Shown: piece by piece, positions 1-7,002 of the stretch
How the letters are laid out: every line of letters begins with the position of its first letter
How positions within the stretch are numbered: position 1 is the first letter of the stretch
NCBI RefSeq assembly: GCF_006345805.1
Contig: NW_021829019.1
Coordinates: 1-7,002, forward strand
DNA: 7,002 bases
Reading direction: 5' to 3'
Origin: Octopus sinensis
Lineage: Eukaryota
The notes under the pieces: model-generated
The model's input: only the letters and a program-made list of their open reading frames with translations
What the model was told of the DNA's origin: nothing
Databases searched by the model: none
Made by a program: the position numbers and the translations under genes

Positions 1-366
1 TTACGCGCTGCCCTCGCATAATGCACATGGCAGGGTAGAGTAGATTGCTGCACATATACGTGCACATGAAATGCACTTACACTTTCAAACATTCAGGACA
101 AGCAGGCAAATATACGCAAACACATACAAACACACAGACAAACACACCCACACGGGCACAGACGCACGTACAATATCCGTACGCGGTTCCTACTCCTACA
201 CAGCTTTCGCGCTCGTTAGAAACACGCCCATTACAAAACTGTTTTATGCATATTCATTAGATATGCGTCTCCCACCACCCTCTCTCAGTAACAGTGATTC
301 ACTCCCCCTTTCACACTAAACTGCTTAAATACTTATCTGCTTAACTATGTAACTGTCTTTCGATTT

Positions 367-480
367 CGTCACGCACACACACACAAACTTCACACACACG
401 CGCGCAAAAACACACACGCACACACACGGACACATGCACGCACACACATATATTACACTTATATATATGCGTGTATATAC

Positions 481-548
<68 letters not shown>

Positions 549-803
549 CGTGATATATAAATTTATGTGCATATACAATATAACATATATATAAATATAT
601 ATAATATATATATGTATGTATATGTATATATGTATATATATATATATATGCGCGTGTGTATGTGTGTATCCATATGGATATATATATATATATATATATA
701 TATCCATATATACACACACACAGACACACTCACATATATGTATATATACATATATATATAAATACATACACACCACACACACACACACATATATATATAT
801 ATG
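367..803. repeat. Compound (CA)n/(TA)n/(TG)n microsatellite field
   Basis: Alternating runs of CA, TA and TG dinucleotides are read directly. They account for the Y/I/C/V/H/T-rich ORFs on both strands. Confidence 0.95.
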
Positions 804-1044
804 AGTATATATGTATTTTATTGTGTGTGGGGAGAGTCATTCTTTTTTAGTGCCCTATAAATTTAACACACTCACTGGTCCAGTTTCCACTCATCTCCTT
901 ATTTAGTTTTCCGAAAGTTATCGTTGCGTCTTGCACCCCTATCAATAGTCATTGACTCTGTCCGTTGTCGGAGCTACGTCCTTTTGCTCGTTTGTACGCA
1001 TGCGTCTGGGTCGATGATGCACACACATAAATACACACACATGT

Positions 1045-1065
1045 AGAGAGAAAGAGAGAGGCAAT

Positions 1066-1098
<33 letters not shown>
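1045..1098. repeat. (GA)n microsatellite, interrupted
   Basis: agagagaaagagagaggcaatgagagagag...gagagaga. Confidence 0.95.
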
Positions 1099-1576
1099 CA
1101 TATAGGCACAGGGAAGAGTAAAAAGTGAGACAGAGTGATAGAAACACCGATAAAGATAGCTATACGGATATTTTGCGTCGGTACCTAGATGGCAGATGGG
1201 TAGACAGATATTTCTACATATGCTTCCCGTCTTGGATCTACATTACTTACCGCACATGTAATCTCACAGCCGTTCTGTGTCTTCTGAGTTCTCACTCCTC
1301 ACTGTTTCTTCTTCTTCAAGATTTACGGTCTCTTACGTTCTAAAACTGCTATTCTTTGGATATGTCTTGGAATCCATTTTGCTCTTTATCCCTCTCATTT
1401 CGTCTACCCCAGTTCATAGTTCCTCTGTATACAGATTGACTCAAAAACACGACAGTCTTCTACATTGAACAGCAGTTTAAACACCTTAGTGAATTAGGGA
1501 ATATATGTCCTTTATTAATCTTTCAATTACTCATCTAATCAATCAATCAAACAGTATATCTATATTATTATGTAAG

Positions 1577-1627
1577 TATATAATATATATATATTATATA
1601 TATATATATATATATATGCGTATATAT
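1577..1627. repeat. (TA)n microsatellite
   Basis: Imperfect TA run read directly. Confidence 0.95.
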
Positions 1628-1659
1628 GTGTGTATATATCTATGTTGTATCTGTCTGTG

Positions 1660-1671
1660 TATCTATCTATG

Positions 1672-1738
<67 letters not shown>

Positions 1739-1745
1739 TTATCTA

Positions 1746-1805
<60 letters not shown>

Positions 1806-1811
1806 TCTATC

Positions 1812-1880
<69 letters not shown>
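1660..1880. repeat. (TATC)n/(GATA)n tetranucleotide array, about 55 units
   Basis: About 220 bp of TATC with a few interruptions near 1737-1747, 1805 and 1823. It produces the IYLS-repeat ORFs. Confidence 0.97.
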
Positions 1881-1965
1881 CTGTCTGTCTACCTATCTTC
1901 ATAGTTGTTTGCGTGTGCGTGTTTCATAGAGATTGATTGATTTAGAAATAGCCAGACAGATAAAT

Positions 1966-1983
1966 AGAGAGAGAGAGAGAGAA

Positions 1984-2013
<30 letters not shown>
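1966..2013. repeat. (GA)n microsatellite
   Basis: GA run read directly. Confidence 0.95.
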
Positions 2014-2014
<1 letters not shown>

Positions 2015-2500
2015 GGAAAGGGCGAGGAAAAGACCGAAAGTACGCGCGCGTGTGTGTATATTTGCGTGTACTTCTGTATGAGTATGTGTGTGCGAGTGTG
2101 CTCGAGCCAGTGAATAACTAATTGTTATATAATTCAATACGTGACTGGCTAGACTCTGTGTTCTTGCATACGAATGTATTATGTATTTTTAATACAAACT
2201 CAATCCACCCCACACACTTAACCGAGCGCACCAGCAGAAATACATTTGACGTAAAACATTGGTAAAATTTAAATATGAATGTCGTTCATTCATAAACAAT
2301 TATGGATCGGAAATGTTTAACAAATTCACAGTCAGGGTAAACAGACACACAGGAAAATGAATGGCGAGGGGAATAAAACTGTATATTTGTTTAGTAAACT
2401 TACAATATGGTGTTTGATTATATCACGCGGATTAGCTGTTGTTGTTGTTGTTGTTGTGTTGTTGTTGTTGTTGTGCTGTTGTTGTTGTTGTTGTTGTTGT

Positions 2501-2693
2501 TAAGCAACAAGATGGGTAAGGGTGATTAGGTGAGGGTCTAGGGCTTAGGGGCGGGAGACCCCAGACCTTGTAAAAAAAAAGAATTTGGTCTTCATGTTGT
2601 AGTCGAGGGCTCTTCGTTGACGCCCAACACCACTGGAAGGTGGCCCTCGAAGTCGCTGGAAATGGAAATCTCCAGGTCCAAATTCTTGGACGG
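2501..2693 (-). repeat. Unit 1 of tandem duplication
   Basis: Aligns by eye to 2731-2922. There are 4 substitutions in 2601-2693, 3 in 2501-2550, and a diverged A-rich middle. Confidence 0.95.
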
Positions 2694-2730
2694 CTGCTGC
2701 TGCTGGTGCTGTTCTTGTTGTTGTTGTTGT

Positions 2731-2922
2731 TAAGCAACAAGACGGATAAGGGTGATTAGGTGAGGGTCTAAGGCTTAGGGCAAGAGACCCCAGACCTTGG
2801 AAGAAAAAATAAAACGGTTGTCTTGTTGTAGCCGAGGGCTCTTCGTTGACGCCCAACACCACTGGAGGGTGGCCCTCAAAGTCGCTGGAAATGGAGATCT
2901 CCAGGTCCAAATTCTTGGACGG
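2731..2922 (-). repeat. Unit 2 of tandem duplication
   Basis: Has the same start (TAAGCAACAAGA) and end (TTCTTGGACGG) on + as unit 1. Confidence 0.95.
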
Positions 2923-3100
2923 TTGGATTAGATGTGGGGCGGTGGTTCCGAAATTCGTTGTGTTGAGAAATATAGAGTCAGTGATTAACTATCAGTATTC
3001 ACTATACCTCATACGTACACATACACACATGATGATATATGTAAATACATATATACATGCATACAGAAATAAATACATATATACATAAAAAACATATATA

Positions 3101-3519
3101 CTCTTTTATTCTTTTATTTGTGTCAGACATTTGACTGCGGCCATTCTGGAGCATCGCCTTTACACGAACAAATCGACCCCAGGATTTATTCTTTCTAAGC
3201 CAAGTACTTATTGTATCGATCTCTTTTGTGGAAATGCTATGTTACGGGGACGTAACAAGACCAACATCGGTTGTCAAGCGGTGGTAGGGGAGAAAAACAC
3301 AGACACACTAACATGCACACACACACACTTACACTCATATATATATATATATATGTATATGTCGGGCTTCTCTCAGTTTCCGTATACCAAATCTACTCAC
3401 AAGGCTTTGGTCCACCCGAAGTTATAGTAGAAGACACTTGCCCAAGGTGCCACGCGGTGGGACTGAACCCGGAACCATGTGGTTGATAAGCAAGCTACTT
3501 AGAACAACACAGCCACTCC

Positions 3520-3524
<5 letters not shown>
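3101..3524 (-). mobile_element. tRNA-derived SINE (octopus-type), essentially full length
   Basis: On the minus strand: A-box-like TGGCTGTGTTG (3505-3515) and B box GGTTCAGTCCC (3459-3469), body GTGGCACCTTGGGCAAGTGTCTTCTACTAT, an internal (TA)/(TG) microsatellite at about 3300-3360, and 3' end GGCCGCAGTCAAATG...AATAAAAGAATAAAAGAG. It is homologous to two other copies in the window. Confidence 0.9.
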
Positions 3525-3596
<72 letters not shown>

Positions 3597-3619
3597 GGAG
3601 AGTGTGTGTGTGTGTGTGT
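3525..3619. repeat. Compound (TA)n(TG)n(GA)n(GT)n microsatellite
   Basis: Four consecutive dinucleotide runs read directly. Confidence 0.95.
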
Positions 3620-3653
3620 AGAGGAAGGCGTGAAGTAGTAGTAACAACGGTAT

Positions 3654-3707
3654 GTGAGGTTCGAACACTCCGCCTGCTGTAAGCCATATATCACTGCGCT
3701 ACCCAGC
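3654..3707 (-). pseudogene. Possible decayed tRNA-derived fragment (Pol III A/B box remnant)
   Basis: The minus strand has TAGCGCAGTGA (A-box-like, 3691-3701) and GTTCGAACC (B-box-like, 3658-3666). The spacing is shorter than in a tRNA and no acceptor stem forms. Confidence 0.3.
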
Positions 3708-3756
3708 TTACTTATCATTAACATTAGAAAACTTATATTAAACAGATATGAAGACA

Positions 3757-4030
3757 TAAGGCTTCACTTCCACACGCGCCAGCTTAATTTAATTCGTCCG
3801 TAGTCGAAAGACACCTGTTTTCTTCCATGGAATCTAATGCTCTTAGCTTATTATTCCCTTGGAGCTGGCCAGATTGGAGCAATCTCGAGAATAACCAGCC
3901 GAAATTGCAAAGATACTCTGGAATTCGACTGAGGAAAGAAAACTCAGAATGATCCATCCTTGTTCTTGATTATCCCATTTTGTATCATCTGTCTGGATGT
4001 ATAGCGTTCTTGTCCCATTTTTAGTATCTT
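3757..4030 (-). mobile_element. Dispersed repeat copy A (internally deleted), family unassigned
   Basis: The reverse complement of 3869-3908 matches 4218-4257 at 35/40. Homology continues through ...GCATTAGAT(T)CCATGGAAGAAA and through GTCTTTCGAC...GCTGGC. Confidence 0.75.
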
Positions 4031-4032
4031 TA

Positions 4033-4095
<63 letters not shown>
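4031..4095. repeat. (TA)n microsatellite between the inverted repeat copies
   Basis: 65 bp TA run with one interruption at 4039-4040. Confidence 0.97.
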
Positions 4096-4097
<2 letters not shown>

Positions 4098-4620
4098 TAA
4101 ACAGTAAAAATAATTACAGACATGGACAAGAACATGAAACACCACAGAGACGACACAAGAACCACAGGACGGGACATTCGAAGCCCTCAGTCATCAGTCA
4201 AGAACCAGATCATCTTAGCAATTTCGGCTGATTAATCTTGAGATTGCTCCGATATGGGCAGCCCGCCATGGGAAATCTAAGCCAAGCGCATTAGATCCAT
4301 GGAAGAAAGCTTCGAATGTATACAACACGAGGACGGAAAACGAACGAAGTACACGAACAAAAATACAGAATACGTGACACCAATAAGAATACAAAAACGT
4401 AAAAACAATAACGGTAAAAATAAAAAACAGAACAAAACCAGGACGTAGGACAAGGGTCTTTCGACAGGACGAGTTGAGTTTGGGGCTGGCTTATGAAGTT
4501 GTGCCTAATGGCCGCAGGGAGACGAACAAATACGTGTTGCTTCGGCGACTGCTGGAACGAAAAGAGCGCTCAACAGTGGCTAGCGGTCACGTGAGAACAA
4601 AGACAGGAGAAAGGGACAGA
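4096..4620 (+). mobile_element. Dispersed repeat copy B, family unassigned; 3' end approximate
   Basis: Homologous to copy A in opposite orientation. It begins immediately after the TA tract and grades into a purine-rich tract. Confidence 0.7.
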
Positions 4621-4780
4621 TGAAAAGAGAGAGAAGGTGGACGAGGGAGGAGAAGAAAGAGACAGATCGAGGGGGCTGGAGGTGAGAGAGATAGAGAAAC
4701 GTAGAAGGGGGGGGAACGGATGGAGAGGGAAAGAAAGGAAGGGGAATAAGGGAGGAGAGAGAGAGAGAGAAAGAGACAGA
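4600..4780. repeat. Purine-rich (GA/GGA/GAAA) low-complexity tract
   Basis: Almost exclusively A/G on the + strand. Confidence 0.85.
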
Positions 4781-4797
4781 TTAAGAGTCGTATCAAT

Positions 4798-5160
4798 GAC
4801 GCAGGCGTAATTGCTGTAGTAAGACGTTTGATTCCCACCCAGTGGTTTTAGATTCGGTGATTTGGTGAGGTACCCTCTGTAGATGATTTCTACTATATAT
4901 CGGGTCGCTCAAAATCTGGTATGTGGATTTGGTACACGTAACCGGAAGAAGCCTGCCTTCTATGAATGTATATAGGCGTATGTCTTTATGTTTGTGTTTC
5001 CCGCAACAACACTTCACAATTGGTGTTGGTTTGTATATGTCCAAGTAATATAATATTTCGGCAAAAAGAGGCTTATACAATAAATTTCAGACTTAAACAA
5101 AACAAATGCTAGACTCGACTTGTCTCGCTACAGCCAAGCCGGCACTCCAACTAAGCCATA
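4798..5160 (+). mobile_element. Older, diverged copy of the same tRNA-derived SINE
   Basis: Collinear with the reverse complement of 3101-3524: GACGCAGGCGT head, CTACTATATATCGGGTC, GTGGATTTGGTACACG...GAAGAAGCC, TGTTGGT, CGGCAAAAAGAG...ATACAATAA, AAGCCGGCACTCCAACTAAGCC. The B box is degraded. Confidence 0.8.
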
Positions 5161-5192
5161 ACCTTGCATAGCCGTAGTATATATATATATAT

Positions 5193-5578
5193 GAAAGAAG
5201 GCTTGAAAATGCGATTTTAAAGATGTTTATTCACTTGACTGGTTTCACTTTGTTTAGAAAAAGATTGTCAAACGTAAAATGTAAAGCTTTGTAAAAGCTT
5301 TGTTGTGTTAAGTACTGGTTGTCACAAAAATATTAAAATACATATATACATAATAATAAGAAAATGTTAAAAACAGTTTACAAGAAAGTATTTAAGTAAG
5401 TGTTCAACAATAAGTATTAAGATTTCAATAAAAATCATATTTGTTTGTTTGGTAGTATATATATACACAGAAGGAGATATATTAAAGAATTTGCAAAAAA
5501 TTGGTGAGGAACCTACCTGTCTTTTTGGCATTTTTTCTGTCTTGTGTGTAGCAAGGAAATGTTTGCTATTTTAAGGGA
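5193..5578 (+). repeat. Left inverted arm
   Basis: Runs from GAAAGAAGGCTTGAAAAT to GTTTGCTATTTTAAGGGA. It has two extra segments (5227-5268 and about 5495-5529) that are absent from the right arm. Confidence 0.93.
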
Positions 5579-6360
5579 CCACACACACAAACTAAAAAAG
5601 ACCCACACATATGCACACAATACAATCCCAACAATCACAACACACACTCACAAACACACATACACACAAGAATGCACACACACAATCACACACACCTCCC
5701 CGACAAATACGAGACACATAGACACTCACGCAAACACCCACACATATATACACACACTGCACTAACAATACAAACAAAACAAATCACTTACAAATACAGC
5801 ACACGCACATGTGCACATACACACCCGGAAAGTACATAAAGCATCCACATATATACACTCACACACAAAGGCATACTCAATACCAACATGTACAAAACGC
5901 ACTTGCACACACATACACACCACCCGGATAAACCCAACACCCACGGATGCGCACAGAAACCCTGATAAATACAACACACTCACACACATACATACCCACA
6001 CACACATGCATATGCACCCTTACACACATACGTTTGCACACACACACTCAAGTACACACACATAACATACCACCAAAACAAAACAACAAACGTACACACG
6101 TACATACAGACGAACACATAAACACACGCGAATAAACACATACACACATGCGCACACACAACACCCTAACAAATATTAATCACGCACATACACACACACG
6201 AACGTGCACACATATACACACACCAACCTACAAAATATAAAACACACAGAAGCCCATACACACAAGCCACAATAAACTCTAGGACCAATCAAAAACGGCC
6301 CACACACACAAACACATGTATATACACACATACAAAGAGAGGTACAAAGAGACACACACA
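5579..6360. repeat. Cryptic/degenerate (CA)n-rich low-complexity core
   Basis: Strong C+A strand bias with short CA runs and no clean period. It yields H/T-rich and C/V-rich pseudo-ORFs. Confidence 0.85.
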
Positions 6361-6485
6361 TCATTCTGACCTCTAAGACCAGTTCTGAAAACCACTGAAC
6401 CATGACAGAATAGTCCAGAATCAAGAAAATCCTTTTAATTCCACATTGCTCTTACTTGCTCCACCCCAACCATCCTCCAACACTC

Positions 6486-6802
6486 TCCCTTACAATAGCA
6501 AACATTCCCTAGCGACACACAAGACAGAAAAAAATAGCAAATTATTAAATATATCTCCTTCTGTGTGTATGTATATATACTTCCAAACAAACAATTTTTA
6601 TTGAACTCCTAATACATTTTGCTGAATACTTTCTTAAATACTTTCTTGCAAACTGTTTTTAACATTTTCTTATTATTATCAAAGAATGTATAACTGTATT
6701 TTAATACTTTTGCGACAACCAGTATTTAACACAACAAAGCTTATACAAAGCTTTTCATTTTACTTTTGACATCTTTAAAATTGAATTTTCAAAACTTCTT
6801 TC
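6486..6802 (-). repeat. Right inverted arm
   Basis: Runs from TCCCTTACAATAGCAAAC to ATTTTCAAAACTTCTTTC on +, the reverse complement of the left arm. Confidence 0.93.
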
Positions 6803-6850
6803 CTTCGTGCGGTATCTTAAAACTTTACTTGTTATATATATATATATATA

Positions 6851-6968
6851 GGTGCAGGGACTGTCTGTGCGGTAAGAAGCTTAGTTCCCAAGAACATAGT
6901 TCCGGGTTCAGTCCTATGCGTGGCACCTTGGGTATCTTCTGCTATAACCTCGGGTCAATCAAAGTTTT

Positions 6969-6972
<4 letters not shown>
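6851..6972 (+). mobile_element. 5' part of the same tRNA-derived SINE, running into (TA)n
   Basis: GGTGCAGGGACTGTCTGTGCGGTAAG head, B box GGTTCAGTCC (6905-6914), GCGTGGCACCTTGGG...CTATAACCTCGGGTC...AAAGTTTTGTGA. It matches the reverse complement of about 3396-3524. Confidence 0.88.

Positions 6973-7002
<30 letters not shown>
6973..7002. repeat. (TA)n microsatellite running to the window end
   Basis: Perfect TA run. Confidence 0.97.

Larger units (their letters stand above)
2436..2924 (-). mobile_element. Tandem-dimer retroposon-like insertion with (CAA)n tails and a probable TSD; family not recognised
   Basis: There are two units, 2501-2693 and 2731-2922, with a period of 229-230 bp. On + each is preceded by a (GTT)n run (2437-2500; 2694-2730, which grades into GCT), which is a 3' (CAA)n tail on the minus strand. 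The whole is flanked by GGATTAGCTGT (2429-2439) and GGATTAGATGT (2925-2935). Confidence 0.65.
5193..6832. mobile_element. Non-autonomous foldback/MITE-like element with long inverted arms, between (TA)n tracts
   Basis: 5193-5578 is the reverse complement of 6486-6802; for example 5295-5342 matches rc(6695-6742) at 45/48. TA tracts lie at 5178-5192 and 6833-6850. There is no transposase ORF inside. Confidence 0.7.

Noticed and set aside
45-2137. ORFs rich in IY, CV, HT, IYLS and ER/SL repeats
   Set aside because: They are translations of microsatellites, occur in several frames on both strands at once, and show no recognisable domain.
2605-2660. HDV-like ribozyme on the plus strand (P1 GAGGGCT/GGCCCTC, P3 ACC/GGT with a 7 nt loop)
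   Set aside because: The loop ACTGGAA lacks the pyrimidine-rich L3 consensus, there is no GG for P1.1, and no P2 partner is evident. The wobble pattern favours the minus strand.
2545-2910. Minus-strand ORF containing PSKNLDLEISISSDFEGHPPVVLGVNEEPS as a real protein
   Set aside because: The GC-rich third positions and two synonymous differences are suggestive, but two other differences are non-synonymous, unit 1 stops right after this stretch, the track's start is not ATG, and I recognise no domain. A remnant of a LINE ORF end cannot be excluded without a tblastn search.
2429-2935. CRISPR-like repeat-spacer array
   Set aside because: There are only two ~190 bp units separated by a trinucleotide run, in eukaryotic repeat context with no cas genes.
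3654-3707. Functional tRNA gene
   Set aside because: A/B-box-like motifs are present, but no cloverleaf can be drawn: there is no acceptor stem, the T stem is mismatched and the spacing is short.
3131-3757. ORFs of 62-111 aa overlapping the SINE
   Set aside because: They are chance frames through SINE and microsatellite sequence.
3929-4197. Hammerhead ribozyme cores in repeat copies A and B (CTGAGGA at 3929-3935; CTGATGA on the minus strand at 4191-4197)
   Set aside because: CTGANGA is present at the homologous position in both copies, but it is followed by GAAT rather than GAAA, stem II lacks the closing G-C pair, and no stem I/III partners were found. It is worth rechecking only on the family consensus.
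5544-6424. His/Thr-rich and Cys/Val-rich ORFs as metal-binding peptides
   Set aside because: The composition follows directly from the CA-rich low-complexity DNA, and the ORFs are open in multiple frames on both strands.

Overview
Non-coding, AT-rich, microsatellite-saturated eukaryotic DNA. The SINE sequence and the repeat landscape resemble an Octopus genome; this is recognition from memory, not a database search. No protein-coding gene is supported, and most ORF-track entries are translated (TA)n/(CA)n/(TATC)n/(GA)n repeats. The real structure is: (1) a ~490 bp insertion at 2436-2924 made of two head-to-tail ~192 bp units, each ending in a (CAA)n tail on the minus strand and carrying a hairpin-dense 5' domain, bracketed by a probable target-site duplication GGATTAG(C/A)TGT; (2) three copies of one tRNA-derived SINE family of different ages; (3) two diverged copies of a second dispersed repeat pointing away from each other across a (TA)n tract (3757-4620); (4) a ~1.6 kb foldback/MITE-like element with ~320-390 bp inverted arms around a CA-rich core (5193-6832); and (5) many simple repeats, with most of the mobile elements abutting (TA)n tracts.
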